Source of the DNA: a virus
Lineage: Duplodnaviria; Caudoviricetes
Virus record (IMG/VR): IMGVR_UViG_3300037312_000804
Coordinates: 206-64,205 of that record
Strand: one strand, 5' to 3'
DNA length: 64,000 nt
Part shown: positions 7,087 through 17,102 of the stretch, in pieces
Numbering within the stretch: the stretch's first letter is position 1
Layout of the letters: each line of letters starts with the position of its first letter
The notes under the pieces: generated by a model
The model's input: the letters and a program-made list of their open reading frames with translations, nothing else
Told to the model about the DNA's origin: nothing
Databases searched by the model: none
Program-made: the position numbers and the translations under genes

Positions 7087-7514
7087 TTGCGATACTCCTT
7101 CGGGATATAGATGCAGTTCTTGCGCAGCAGGCCGGTCGTGATCACGGCGCCGGTGCTGCACGCGTCCGGGTGGTAGCCCTCGCGCGCAAACCCAAGGTGC
7201 AGGTTGAACGCCAGCGCCTTCGTATTGCTCTCGGCAATGGGCGATGACACGCGCGGCAGGCCGCATTGCACGAACGGGTAGACGAACGCCCGCTTCAGGA
7301 ACTCGCGCGTGAGCCAGTGCCCGCCGCCATCGCTTGCCACGTGCATGAAGCAGTCGTGCGACGAGAACGTGTCGAACACGACCACGGCCACGACGGCGTC
7401 ATCGCGCGCCAGCCCGATCGCCTGCGCGTCGCTGCGGAATGCGCCAATGCCGATTTTCTCGGCCGACCATGCCAGCAGGCGTTCTCGCTCGTCGTAGATC
7501 AGTCTGGTCGCCAT
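7083..7514 (-). CDS. GNAT-family acetyltransferase (virion morphogenesis-associated)
   Basis: VAVVVFD...MHVAS...WLTREFL...N.KALAFNLHLGF..EG GNAT pattern. Confidence 0.8.
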   Translation of the reverse strand: MATRLIYDERERLLAWSAEKIGIGAFRSDAQAIGLARDDAVVAVVVFDTFSSHDCFMHVASDGGGHWLTREFLKRAFVYPFVQCGLPRVSSPIAESNTKALAFNLHLGFAREGYHPDACSTGAVITTGLLRKNCIYIPKEYRK

Positions 7515-7519
7515 GCCGC

Positions 7520-7548
7520 ATTCTACCCCTCATGTTGCCGTGGAACAA
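7520..7548 (-). promoter_or_regulatory. sigma70 promoter, probably leaderless transcript of the GNAT gene
   Basis: TTGTTC-17 nt-TAGAAT only 5 nt before ATG; no SD. Confidence 0.55.
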
Positions 7549-7549
7549 T

Positions 7550-7825
7550 CTATAGGCCGGTGAATTTGGCGCCCATGGCGTTCAGGGCGGCGGCCAGGGC
7601 GCGCACGTCGTCAACCAGTGCGTTGTGTTCGGCGGCGGTAGGCGGGGCGGATACCTTGGCCGACATCAGGCGCACGGCGCCCTGCGCGGCCATGTCGCCG
7701 CGGGTGACGGCCTGTTTTTCGGGGGCGGTATCGGTGCGCGCCCCGGCCAGCGCATCGACGCGCTCGGCGCGGGCGCGCGCCTGCGGGGTGGGTTTGACGT
7801 CCTTGCGATCCGGGTATCCCATCAT
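7550..7825 (-). CDS. Small virion/tail protein
   Basis: ATGA overlap with upstream gene; MMGYPDRKDVKPT...YNALVDDV-like pattern. Confidence 0.7.
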   Translation of the reverse strand: MMGYPDRKDVKPTPQARARAERVDALAGARTDTAPEKQAVTRGDMAAQGAVRLMSAKVSAPPTAAEHNALVDDVRALAAALNAMGAKFTGL

Positions 7826-9567
7826 GCGCTCCGTAGTTCCTGCGCCGTGCCGGCCATGGTGATTTCCTGGATGTTGATGTTGCCGGTGACTTCGATTTCC
7901 CACTGGCGCGCGAGCATGGGAGGTACGCGGTCCATCTCGCCGATGCTGGTGATCGTCACGAGGAACTTGTCGTCGGCGTAGATGTTCACGGCCATCTGCG
8001 GGCCGGACGGCATGGGTTTCAACAGGTCGCCGTTCACGGACAGTTTGCCGATCGAGGACACGCCCAGCGCGCCGCCGATGTGGCCCGTGGCCAGCAGCGC
8101 CGCATTGTAGCTGGCCACGGCATCACGCGCGGCCTGGTACGCCAGCAATGCATCGTTGTCGTCGCGGCTGTCGGCTTCGATCAGGATCGCGCCGAAGCTG
8201 GTCGGCTGCGGCGTCACGAACGCTTTACTCAGGTACGTGAACAGGTCGTTGTCCGACAACAGGGAATCCCACTCGTAGACGTTGGTGCCGATCGCCATGT
8301 ACAGGCGGTTATCGGTGATGTCGTAGAACATCGCGTCGGCGCGGTGCTGGCTGCGGATCAGGAACGGCTGCTGGCCGGTGATGTCGAAAATCAGCGTGCC
8401 CTGCTGCAGATTGTCGTCGTTGTCCTCGTAGCGATACGAGGCGTAGAAGCGGCCGTAGAACTGGCCGCACACCATCGTGGCCGGGTCCATGCGCAGCCAC
8501 TGGTCGCGCGTCAGCAGCGAACCCGAGATCAGGTTCGGCACGCCGCCGGCCACCTGCACCAGCCCGTCATTCGACGGGTACAGCACGGCATAGCCCATGT
8601 CGACCATCCCCTGCGCGTTCAGGCAGGGCATGTTGAACTCGATGTGCTCCATCACCATCGTGTCGGGCGAGGTGCCGCCGACGATGACCGGCATGCCCTT
8701 GGTGCCGACGATCAGGGTCGAGCCTGATACGGCCAGCCCGGTGATGTCGTAGTTGGCCGCCTGCGCGTATTTCACGGGCCACGCGTGCGGCCGGTATGGC
8801 TCGCAGAAATACAGGTCCTTGCCGACGTAGCCGGCCATGATCCCGTTGGGCATCGCGACCAGACCTTTCAGGTCGGCCGGCGGCGGGTTCCAGTCGAGCG
8901 ACGGCAACTGCTCGTTGAACTGGTCGACCGCGATGTTGTCGGTAAAATTGGCTGCGCTGTCGTCGCGCTCGGCGATGAAGTACAGGTTGGCGCCGCCCGT
9001 CGTTCCGGTCTGCGATCGGTAGATCCGCTGCTTCGTAAAGCCGCGGCCGGCCGGCGCGGCGGCAAAGCCGGACAAGGTGACGGTGTTGCCCGGCGAGACG
9101 ACGACTTCAGCGCTGATCGGCGACGGCTCCGACTCTTCGCCGAACTGGGTCACGCGGGTGTAGACGTACAGGCGCGTCGCGCTCGTGGCCGGGTCCAGCG
9201 TGCCGACGCGCGCGCACGACAGCGCCACGGACGGCGCGGCCAGCGCCAGGTCGTACACCGTGCCGCCGACCTTCATTTTCGGGACACCGTCGCCGGTGTA
9301 GTACAGGCGGTCCTGCGCCACCGGGCCGGGCACGGCGTGCACGACCTTGTCCCACCACAGCCAGTTACCCATGTGGCGATAGATCGTCTTGACCTGGCCC
9401 GACACGGCGCCGGCCAGTTCGGCGACCAGATACGGCTTGCGGTATGGCGCAAGTTCGCCATCTTCCAGGCGCACCGATTGCGCGACCTGGGCGCCGGTAT
9501 CGGGCAACAGCCGCGGCGTGGTTCTCGGGGATTCGCCGGTGAACGCGGCCAGCTTGATGATCGTCAT
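7822..9567 (-). CDS. Tail nozzle/tubular protein (podovirus stabilization-protein-like)
   Basis: 581 aa, beta-rich, start MTIIKLAAFTGESPR, FCEPYRPHAWP motif; position. Confidence 0.75.
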   Translation of the reverse strand: MTIIKLAAFTGESPRTTPRLLPDTGAQVAQSVRLEDGELAPYRKPYLVAELAGAVSGQVKTIYRHMGNWLWWDKVVHAVPGPVAQDRLYYTGDGVPKMKVGGTVYDLALAAPSVALSCARVGTLDPATSATRLYVYTRVTQFGEESEPSPISAEVVVSPGNTVTLSGFAAAPAGRGFTKQRIYRSQTGTTGGANLYFIAERDDSAANFTDNIAVDQFNEQLPSLDWNPPPADLKGLVAMPNGIMAGYVGKDLYFCEPYRPHAWPVKYAQAANYDITGLAVSGSTLIVGTKGMPVIVGGTSPDTMVMEHIEFNMPCLNAQGMVDMGYAVLYPSNDGLVQVAGGVPNLISGSLLTRDQWLRMDPATMVCGQFYGRFYASYRYEDNDDNLQQGTLIFDITGQQPFLIRSQHRADAMFYDITDNRLYMAIGTNVYEWDSLLSDNDLFTYLSKAFVTPQPTSFGAILIEADSRDDNDALLAYQAARDAVASYNAALLATGHIGGALGVSSIGKLSVNGDLLKPMPSGPQMAVNIYADDKFLVTITSIGEMDRVPPMLARQWEIEVTGNINIQEITMAGTAQELRSA

Positions 9568-9570
9568 GGG

Positions 9571-10107
9571 TTACACCTTGTAGGTGATCGTGATCGAGCC
9601 GCCCGTCGGCACGACGACGGAGTAGGACGCCATCGCGGTGACGGGAACGTTGGTGAACGCCACATCGGAAGCCGGCCCGCCTGCGCCACCCGGGAACACC
9701 TTGCCGAAGCCGGTGGCGCTGGCGCCAGTCGTGGCGGGGCTTCCGCCGACCGTGCGCACGCGATGGTAGTAGCACACGATCTTTCGATAGTAGACCGTGC
9801 TTTCCGCCGTCGTGTAATCAATCGGCGGATCGCAGTAGTCCGTGCCGGTGCCACCCCATCCGGGAATGTCGCTTTCAACGTAGTCGATGCCACCAGCACG
9901 GCGATACAGGCTGTTGACGACGTGCGTATAGAACTCGTCCGTGCCAGGCACTGCCGGCGTGCCGGGGGCGCCGTGGCCGGTGACACTGTCCAGCAGCGAC
10001 ACGCCAGCCGGCATGGTGAACGATTCGTTCTTCGTAAAGGTCTTGGTGTACGTGGTGGGCACGTAGACTTTTTTCTGGCCGAAGAACGCCAGCATCATCA
10101 TGCTCAT
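9571..10107 (-). CDS. Glycine-rich tail-associated protein
   Basis: SFTMPAGVSLL...GGAGG...YSVVVPTGGSITITY. Confidence 0.65.
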   Translation of the reverse strand: MSMMMLAFFGQKKVYVPTTYTKTFTKNESFTMPAGVSLLDSVTGHGAPGTPAVPGTDEFYTHVVNSLYRRAGGIDYVESDIPGWGGTGTDYCDPPIDYTTAESTVYYRKIVCYYHRVRTVGGSPATTGASATGFGKVFPGGAGGPASDVAFTNVPVTAMASYSVVVPTGGSITITYKV

Positions 10108-10829
10108 CGCGCGACCTTGGCGTAACGGGTGATGCCGCCGTCGGGCGACCAGAACATGATCATGTCCAGGCCGTTGGTCTGCAGCGCGGCGCCGTGGTTG
10201 CTGTTGAGCGAATTCGAGCGCGAGAGCGTACCGTCGCTATTCAGGAAATTGACCGGCGCGCCGTCGATCGTGATGGTGGCGGCGCCACCGTTGACGAGGT
10301 ACAGCAGCAGTTCGCCGTGCGAGTTGGCCGGCGGCCAGCCGATGATGGTCATCGTCTGCGCGCCCGGGCTGGGTGCCCAGCGCTGCGCGTTGCCGTTGCG
10401 GATGTCGATCGTGTTGCTGGCATCCGGTTTATAGGCAGGCGCACAGTCGCGAAAGATCGCCTGCGTGATCTGGTTGTCTCCCATGTCGATGGCGCCCGTA
10501 AAGGTGGCGCCGTCCAGGTTGGCCTTCAATGCGACACAGCCGGCGGTCAGGTGGCAACCCGCATAGTCGCCCGCGCTGAACGATGCGGCCAGCGTGTTTT
10601 CCTGCGCGCGCAGCACCGTGCACGAATCGACGTTGCGCGCGGTGACGTAGACGATCTCGCGCGCTGGCGTGCCGCCCCCCGATTTCACGAGCGTCAGCGG
10701 GAAGAACTCGTCGGCATCCAGCACCGGGAAGAACTGGCCGGTACCGGGGGCCAGCAGGATCGTCGTTGTCGTCTCGCTGATCGCGCCGGCCAGCGTCGTT
10801 TCGCCGTTGTTGGTCAGTTTGAGTTTCAT
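10104..10829 (-). CDS. Tail protein
   Basis: NNGETTLAGAI...TGQFFPVL...REIVYVTAR..D..TVLRAQENT conserved N-terminal pattern. Confidence 0.7.
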   Translation of the reverse strand: MKLKLTNNGETTLAGAISETTTTILLAPGTGQFFPVLDADEFFPLTLVKSGGGTPAREIVYVTARNVDSCTVLRAQENTLAASFSAGDYAGCHLTAGCVALKANLDGATFTGAIDMGDNQITQAIFRDCAPAYKPDASNTIDIRNGNAQRWAPSPGAQTMTIIGWPPANSHGELLLYLVNGGAATITIDGAPVNFLNSDGTLSRSNSLNSNHGAALQTNGLDMIMFWSPDGGITRYAKVAR

Positions 10830-10830
10830 G

Positions 10831-11115
10831 TCAGGCGTCCTTGACGATCAGGATGAAATCGGCTTCCAGCGTGCGGCCGCGCGCGGTGGTGATCAGGAGG
10901 GTGATCTTGTAGGATTTTTTGTCGGTGCCACCAGATACCCACACTTTTGCCGTGGTGTCGCTCCATTCGCAGCGTTCGACCACCAGCGCCAGGTCGGGGC
11001 CGGAATAGGTACCGGTGACGCCGGTGATGACGTCGCCAGCAGTCAGCCGGCGCGTGCAGATGATGTCGAAGTCCTCGATCTCGCGCGGTTGTTTCGTCTT
11101 GCGTTCCATGTTCAT
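10831..11115 (-). CDS. Small virion protein (fibre-tail adaptor-like)
   Basis: KQPREIEDFDI...VWVSGG...YKITLLITTARGRTLE. Confidence 0.7.
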   Translation of the reverse strand: MNMERKTKQPREIEDFDIICTRRLTAGDVITGVTGTYSGPDLALVVERCEWSDTTAKVWVSGGTDKKSYKITLLITTARGRTLEADFILIVKDA

Positions 11116-11118
11116 CCC

Positions 11119-11745
11119 TTACATGTAGTTGGCGCGCGAGCGGGCCGCGGCGCGCTGCTCGCCGATGTCGCCTTGCCACGCGAGCGAAGCCAGTTTGTTC
11201 GTGAACATGGCGGCGTACGTCGGCCCCATCGTCAGGTCCGTGAACGGTTGATTGGGCGTGACCAGCAATCTCCCCAGCGCGCCCCATGCGACCAATTCCC
11301 GGTATTTCTCGAACAGGAAGTCGGGCACCTGATCGGCGTCGGCTGCCGGCTTCAGGAACGCATTGATCGTCAGGATGCCGTTTTCCAGCGGGGCGATGCG
11401 CAGCGTGTTGTGCGCGAGCTGCGTGTAATAGCGCGGCAGGCCGACGATCGTGCCGCGGCGCCAGCCGCGCATGCAGCGGTCCATCCACGCCACCGTCTTC
11501 GACTCGAGCGGGATATCGGTGTCGCCGAACGAGGCGGATTCGAAGTCGACCAGCAGCGCCTGCGCGGGCGGCGAATACTCGATGTCGTCCAGGTCCATCA
11601 CGGGCACGGTGCTGGAATCGCGCCATTCGCGCGTGCGCTCGCAGATCGCGGTGCAGGCGTGCAGGATGGCGGCGAACGCGGCCGGCGTAGAGACGCCCGG
11701 CGCCTTGGGCGCGATGTCGGGCAGGAAGTTATCGAGGTCGATCAT
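11119..11745 (-). CDS. Head-tail adaptor protein
   Basis: 208 aa; FLPDIAPKAPG start; position after paralog-like adaptor. Confidence 0.7.
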   Translation of the reverse strand: MIDLDNFLPDIAPKAPGVSTPAAFAAILHACTAICERTREWRDSSTVPVMDLDDIEYSPPAQALLVDFESASFGDTDIPLESKTVAWMDRCMRGWRRGTIVGLPRYYTQLAHNTLRIAPLENGILTINAFLKPAADADQVPDFLFEKYRELVAWGALGRLLVTPNQPFTDLTMGPTYAAMFTNKLASLAWQGDIGEQRAAARSRANYM

Positions 11746-12431
11746 GCAGAATTCCCGGTAGCGGAGTTGACTTGCGCGGCTTGGGCCGGCGCGCCGATGG
11801 CGTCGGTGAACGCCTGATAGTGCAGCGCCGCGACGGCGCCCTGGCTGTATTCGGAATCCTTGGTGTGCGCGCGGTAGATCATCCAGTTCAGGATGGCATT
11901 GATGAATTCCGGGCGCATGTCCATCGTATCGTCGGCGGTCAGGACGGCCGGCGCGGGTTTCGATACCAGCATCTCCACCATGGCGCCATCGACTGCAGGC
12001 GGGTAGACATAGAACGTCGTGGGAGAGCGCTCGTCGACCATGTAGTGGCGCGTTGGCGCGGCGCGCATGCTGTACCAGTCGGGCGCATGGTCGTCGATCT
12101 GCTGACGGTCGGCGATGCGGATCGCGCGGCCCGGCCGCCCATCACTGCCGATATTACGGATTACGTCCATCACCTGCGCGGCGCCTTCGGAGGCGCGCTG
12201 GAATGCCCCTGGCGCCAGCGCGATTTTTTCGGTGATGGCGCGAGCGGCGGGCCGGCGCAGGACGATCTCGGTGGCGCCGTCGTTCATCCAGTCGATCGCC
12301 TCCTGCTCGGTCCAGCGCACGCTTTTCATGTCCAGCATGATGGTCCGGAAGCGGCGCAGCAGGTCACCCACGTGGATGCCGAGCCCGTTTTCGGTGGAAC
12401 CGATGCTGTTGCTGTCGACGATGATGGTCAT
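11742..12431 (-). CDS. Head-tail adaptor protein (DUF6682-like)
   Basis: VRWTEQEAIDWMNDG..EIVLRRP...FYVYPP...YRAHTKDSEY. Confidence 0.75.
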   Translation of the reverse strand: MTIIVDSNSIGSTENGLGIHVGDLLRRFRTIMLDMKSVRWTEQEAIDWMNDGATEIVLRRPAARAITEKIALAPGAFQRASEGAAQVMDVIRNIGSDGRPGRAIRIADRQQIDDHAPDWYSMRAAPTRHYMVDERSPTTFYVYPPAVDGAMVEMLVSKPAPAVLTADDTMDMRPEFINAILNWMIYRAHTKDSEYSQGAVAALHYQAFTDAIGAPAQAAQVNSATGNSA

Positions 12432-12463
12432 GTGGCGGTCGCGGTATTTATGTTGTAAAAACG

Positions 12464-14710
12464 TTAGGCGATCGGGAACGCAATCTGGAAGATCACATAG
12501 TCACCAGCCGTCCATGCGCCGGGGATTGCATTGGTCGCAAAGTTGTTCTGACTGTCGCCCAGCAGGACGTTGACGGTGTCCGTTCCAGGAACGTTCATGC
12601 AGTCACCATCTCGAAATACGGTGCCGACCTTTGCGATTGCCGCCCCGATGTTGTTGACGACATCCGCCTGGCTGGTAAATGGCATCTTGAAAAAGAACTG
12701 CCCGGTGCCCAGCGATGTCGTCGAGCCGATCAGCAATTTGCCCTTGGCGATGCAATGCCCGTCGCGGGTGCTGTATTCGACCACGAGGGAGCCGTTACCG
12801 AGCGTTGGCGGGGTGGCGCCGGTGCCGCCTGTCGTCCACGCCGATGCGAACGTTTTCGACCTGCGGGTAAATTGGCTGTAGTTGCCAAAGATTGAAGAAT
12901 CAACGGCAAAATCCTTGCCGGACATGTTCGATATAACAAGATTGCCCGCCGTGTTGACATCGCGAATCGTGGCGCTACCCTTGAGGCCCAATCCATCGAT
13001 CGTGATGACGTTGCGACCAGCACTCGTCCCCAGCGCCAGCCCATCCACGCGCACGTTGTAGATGTACTCGCCGGTCCAGTTGTCAGGTGTCCGCGTAAAC
13101 AGTCGCACCGCGTCGCCAAGCATGTTTTGCAGAGAGCGGCCAACACCACGAAGGGTCAGGTTGGTGATCTCGTGCCCGCGGCTGTCGATGGTGTCAGCCG
13201 CACCGGTCGAATCGTACTTGCGCACGACGAACAGGCTTTGCATCTTGTCACTTACGGATGCCTCGACATCGAAGCTGATGTCCAGGTTCTGGATCTTGAC
13301 CGGCGCAGGATTCGTGCTGTTGAGTTGGCAATCGATGGCAACCAGTGCTTCGTTTGAGCTCTGGTTGCCCGATCCGGCGTAGCGGCCGCGCGAGGCGTAG
13401 TGCACGCGGCCATTCTCCAGGCGCGAGTCCCAGTCGGTCGAACCGTACACCTTCAGCAAGACCGGCGAGAACGGGCCACCGTGCTCATCGTCGATCCAGA
13501 CGTCGTAGTTGCGGATGTTGTAGGCGAAGAATGCGCGGCCCGAATTACGGGTCCGAATATTCGCCACGATGTTGTCGCCGGCATTTTGCAGGTGCAGCGG
13601 GTAATAGGTGCCCAGCGTATTGAAATTGCTGATGCGGATATTGCGCACGCGGTCAGTATCCACGCCAGCACTTTGGCTGATGCCGCGCGCAGTGAAGCCC
13701 GAGACGCCGTACTGGCAATCCATGTTGTCGATCACGATGTCGTGCGAACCCCAGGTCGCCTCGATCCAGTCAATGCCGGCGGTGTGGATCAGTACCTTGT
13801 AGTCCGATTCGAAGCGCGCGTTCGTGATGCGCACCAGCGAGCATGCGTTCAGGCCGATGCAGGACTGGGACAGTTGGCAGTTGCCGACGTGGATCAGCGC
13901 CCCGTTGAAATTCAGGGTCAGGCCCTTCACGTTCTGGAAGCCCAGCAGGTAGCCCCGCGACGTGCCGCCGTCCGGCAGCGCGCGGTAGGCGGCGCCAGGG
14001 CGGAATTCCACGCGCCCGCCGCCCTTTGCGTTGATGTAGGCAGCGACAGCCTGCAGCGCGTCCGTGTCGTCGGTCGTATTGTCGCCAGCGGCCTCGTAGT
14101 ACTCCGGAGTGACGTAGTCGGATTGGCGCTTGAAGCGCACGCCGTTGTCGGTGACGATGACCATGCCGCCATCATCTTCCGTCGTGGTGTCGTGGTCATC
14201 GCGCACGAACATACCGGCGATGCCGGACGGTGCCGCAGTGCCCAGGTAGCCGGTCACATACACCGATTTGCGCGGCCCATTGTAGGCACGCAGGGCATCG
14301 TAGTCAGGAAGCTGCAGGGCGCTGAATGACTGGGCCACCGTCTCGCCGCCGTTTCCGACCAAAGTGGTGCCGTAGGTGGCGGCCAGTTGTTCCTGAAACC
14401 CCTGCACGGCCGCCGACGTTTCGGTGACGCGCGTTTCGAGGTCGCTGTCTTCCAGGTCGAACATCAGGTAATCAAGCTTGTGGCCGACGCGCAGGCCGTT
14501 GATCATGACGTAGATGTCATAGCGGCCATTCGGCGCATAGAACGAGAACACGCCCGTGCGGTCGGTGCGCGGATCGGTAATGACGTCCTGACCTTCGGCG
14601 TCGGCAAATACGGTCGCAGGCGTTTCGGTACCCGCCACCATGACCAGCATGGGGGCCAGGGCGATGATGTCGCCGCGCAGGTTCTGGACTGGTTCTTCGA
14701 ACTTCTGCAT
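12464..14710 (-). CDS. Tailspike/depolymerase with beta-helix (pectate-lyase-like) domain
   Basis: Head-binding-type N-terminus (FSFYAPNGRYDI), DYDALRAY...DDGG module, TPEYYEAAGDNTTDDTDALQA beta-helix start; lower-GC C-terminal part. Confidence 0.85.
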   Translation of the reverse strand: MQKFEEPVQNLRGDIIALAPMLVMVAGTETPATVFADAEGQDVITDPRTDRTGVFSFYAPNGRYDIYVMINGLRVGHKLDYLMFDLEDSDLETRVTETSAAVQGFQEQLAATYGTTLVGNGGETVAQSFSALQLPDYDALRAYNGPRKSVYVTGYLGTAAPSGIAGMFVRDDHDTTTEDDGGMVIVTDNGVRFKRQSDYVTPEYYEAAGDNTTDDTDALQAVAAYINAKGGGRVEFRPGAAYRALPDGGTSRGYLLGFQNVKGLTLNFNGALIHVGNCQLSQSCIGLNACSLVRITNARFESDYKVLIHTAGIDWIEATWGSHDIVIDNMDCQYGVSGFTARGISQSAGVDTDRVRNIRISNFNTLGTYYPLHLQNAGDNIVANIRTRNSGRAFFAYNIRNYDVWIDDEHGGPFSPVLLKVYGSTDWDSRLENGRVHYASRGRYAGSGNQSSNEALVAIDCQLNSTNPAPVKIQNLDISFDVEASVSDKMQSLFVVRKYDSTGAADTIDSRGHEITNLTLRGVGRSLQNMLGDAVRLFTRTPDNWTGEYIYNVRVDGLALGTSAGRNVITIDGLGLKGSATIRDVNTAGNLVISNMSGKDFAVDSSIFGNYSQFTRRSKTFASAWTTGGTGATPPTLGNGSLVVEYSTRDGHCIAKGKLLIGSTTSLGTGQFFFKMPFTSQADVVNNIGAAIAKVGTVFRDGDCMNVPGTDTVNVLLGDSQNNFATNAIPGAWTAGDYVIFQIAFPIA

Positions 14711-14743
14711 GCTGCTGGCTCCTTGCTGGTGATGGTGTGGTTC

Positions 14744-15322
14744 TTACTGCTTGGCGGCGATCAGTTCGCGCAGCTTCTTGACGCCGGTGCGCGCGTGCGG
14801 CGCTTCGCCGTAGAGCTTGGTGTACTGATCGACCAGTGCGGTGCGTTCGTCTTCGGTGCTGGCCGCCTGCTCGCCGGCCGCGTCGATGCGATCGAGTTCG
14901 GCTTCGATCTTGCCGTCGCGCTCGTCTTCCGGCAGGGCGTTCCAGGCTTCGACGGTCAGGCCAGAGGATTCATGCGCGGCCGCGACGACGTCGCCCAGCG
15001 CATAGGTCTTGCCGTGGATGTCGAACGATGCCGGGAAGTCGCCGCCCAGCAGGATCTCGGGCGCGGCTGCGGTGACGATCACGGGCTGTTCGATCGGCGC
15101 TGGTGCGGGCGCGGCGGTGCTGCCGTCGGCCGGCGTGCCTTCGCCGCGGTACAGCTTGAAGCCCTCCGTGATCGACAGGAAGCGGTCGGCGTGGTCTTCG
15201 TTGGTGACTTCGCACACGTGCGCGCCATCGGTGTACGGCTTGAAGTGGTAGTCGATCCCGTCCAGAGGGATGATCGAGCCGCCGACGCGGCGCAGTTTGG
15301 ATTCGATGCGGGTGGACGACAT
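14744..15322 (-). CDS. Conserved virion-region hypothetical protein
   Basis: IESKLRRVGGS...YHF...HVCEV; C-terminal YGEAPHARTGVKKLRELI (Rho-N/HeH-like). Confidence 0.75.
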   Translation of the reverse strand: MSSTRIESKLRRVGGSIIPLDGIDYHFKPYTDGAHVCEVTNEDHADRFLSITEGFKLYRGEGTPADGSTAAPAPAPIEQPVIVTAAAPEILLGGDFPASFDIHGKTYALGDVVAAAHESSGLTVEAWNALPEDERDGKIEAELDRIDAAGEQAASTEDERTALVDQYTKLYGEAPHARTGVKKLRELIAAKQ

Positions 15323-15356
15323 GCTGCTCTCCTTGGGATTGTTCTATGTCGTGGAA

Positions 15357-15382
15357 GGGAAAACGGGGCCGGCTGGCCCCGT
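15357..15382 (-). terminator. Intrinsic terminator after the capsid operon
   Basis: ACGGGGCC-AGCC-GGCCCCGT then TTTCCCTT. Confidence 0.65.
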
Positions 15383-15392
15383 CGGGTGCTGC

Positions 15393-15875
15393 TTAGAACG
15401 TGAACGCGCTGTTGACCGGCGCCATGCTGACCAGCAGGCGCAGGCGGCCGGCGGCGGCGGTGGCCGGGCCGGTGACGATCTTGGCGCCGATGGAACGGTC
15501 GGCGGCGCTGGCGGTCAGCGTGAAGCCGGTCTTCAGCGTCATCGCAGCCACGGCGCCGGTCTGCGCGGCGGTCGATGCCGAGAACATCTCGGCGCCCACG
15601 GTGCGGGCGGAAACGCCATCGCCCGGCGTGCCGGACATGATGCCGACGTCCAGCGTGATGGTCGGCGTGCCGTTGGTGTCCAGGTCGTCCGCCACCAGCA
15701 CGGCGTCGGTGACAGTGTGGCCAGCCGGCAGGATGCCCAGGTCGATGACGTTGTTGGCGACCAGATCGGCAGCCAGCAGGTCGACGAAGAAGCGGTTGAC
15801 GACGACATCGCCGTGGCAATCGCCGTTGATGGTGTTCCGCACGCGCTTGGCGAAATCGGACAGGATAGTAGCCAT
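15393..15875 (-). CDS. Capsid decoration/cement protein
   Basis: 160 aa beta-rich, directly after MCP; DDLDTNGTPTITLDVG motif. Confidence 0.75.
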   Translation of the reverse strand: MATILSDFAKRVRNTINGDCHGDVVVNRFFVDLLAADLVANNVIDLGILPAGHTVTDAVLVADDLDTNGTPTITLDVGIMSGTPGDGVSARTVGAEMFSASTAAQTGAVAAMTLKTGFTLTASAADRSIGAKIVTGPATAAAGRLRLLVSMAPVNSAFTF

Positions 15876-15933
15876 GATATTTTCCTTGAAAGATAGGTAG
15901 GAGGAAGGCCCGGATCACTCCGGGCCGGGTCCA

Positions 15934-17034
15934 TTACGAGTTCGGGTCCTTCGCTGCGACGTCGATCGACAGCACGCCGAAGTCGCGGCCGTTGAAGCGC
16001 GTCTTCTTGACACCGAAGATGCAGCCGGCGGAAACGGTCGGCTCGTTGTCGTAGTCCTTCATCTTCTCTTTCCAGGTGTAGCGCATGCCGCCCGAGGTAC
16101 CGTAGGCGACGACCGCAGCCTGGCGGCCCAGCAGCAGGCAGCGCGATGCGCTGATGTTGCCGCCCGCGCCGTAGTCGCTGAAGCGGATGACGGAACGGTG
16201 CTTGTGCAGCACGGCGCCGCCGATCATGCCCAGGCCACCCTTGAAGATCGGGTTGTTGCGGCCTTCGGCGGCGGTAGCGGCCTTCTGGATGTCCAGCCAC
16301 GAACCGGTCGTCGCATCGTTGCGCAGGTCGTATTCGTTGTCCGGGTTCATCAGGAACACGTAGTTGCCTTCCGAACCGGTCTTGACCGGGACCATGTTCG
16401 CCGTTTCCGGGTTGCGGGCCTGCATCATCTCGGCCTTGTTCAGCGCGCGCTCGATCACGGCGCGGTTGATCTTGTCCGTGGCCTGCAGCGTGGCCTTGCT
16501 GGTGGCGACGCCGCCATACAGCAGGTGGTCCGAGTCCGGCGCCTGGAACGCGTTGCCGGCGAAGCCGGTGTAACCCAGCGGACGGATGAAGTCTTCGTTG
16601 ATGCCGCGCGCACCGGCGAGGTACATGAAGAACAGTTCGTCGGTCAGGCGGGCGAAGTAGTCAGCCAGCAGGTCCTTTGCGGTCGAGCGCAGGTCGTGCA
16701 CGGTGCGCTTGCGGGTCATCTCGCCGCCGGCCGACACCGGTTTGCGGACCTGGTCGATGTAGACCTCGTCCTGGTAGTACTTCTGATTTTCTTCGCTGCC
16801 TTCGGCGCGATCATCGCCGTCGGTCGGCTGGCCGCGCAGTTGGACGCACAGATCGAACTTGACGCGATCGCCCGCGCCCGACTCGAGTTCGGTCTTGCGG
16901 TGGATGATGCTGTTGTTGCTCGTGCCGATGAAGCGCTGCTCGAAGTACGATTGCGCGCGCTGGTCGATCCACAGGCCGGTGGACCATTTTTGTACGGTCT
17001 GCGGCGAAGCCGAACCGAAAGTCGTGGTGCTCAT
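15934..17034 (-). CDS. Major capsid protein, N4-gp56/DUF4043 family
   Basis: TTFG...VQKWS...LESGAGDRVKFDL...EYQDEVYIDQVRKPVSAGGEMTRKRTVHDLR-type motifs. Confidence 0.93.
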   Translation of the reverse strand: MSTTTFGSASPQTVQKWSTGLWIDQRAQSYFEQRFIGTSNNSIIHRKTELESGAGDRVKFDLCVQLRGQPTDGDDRAEGSEENQKYYQDEVYIDQVRKPVSAGGEMTRKRTVHDLRSTAKDLLADYFARLTDELFFMYLAGARGINEDFIRPLGYTGFAGNAFQAPDSDHLLYGGVATSKATLQATDKINRAVIERALNKAEMMQARNPETANMVPVKTGSEGNYVFLMNPDNEYDLRNDATTGSWLDIQKAATAAEGRNNPIFKGGLGMIGGAVLHKHRSVIRFSDYGAGGNISASRCLLLGRQAAVVAYGTSGGMRYTWKEKMKDYDNEPTVSAGCIFGVKKTRFNGRDFGVLSIDVAAKDPNS

Positions 17035-17083
17035 AGGAGTGCCTTTCTAAAGGGTTGAATTTGAAAATTCGACCGGCACTCCT
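17035..17083 (-). promoter_or_regulatory. Structured MCP 5' UTR sequestering the RBS
   Basis: AGGAGTGCC (17083-17075) pairs with GGCACTCCT (17043-17035), ending at the ATG; inner GAATTT/AAATTC hairpin. Confidence 0.65.
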
Positions 17084-17102
17084 GCGCTGGTTGATGTGCG
17101 CG

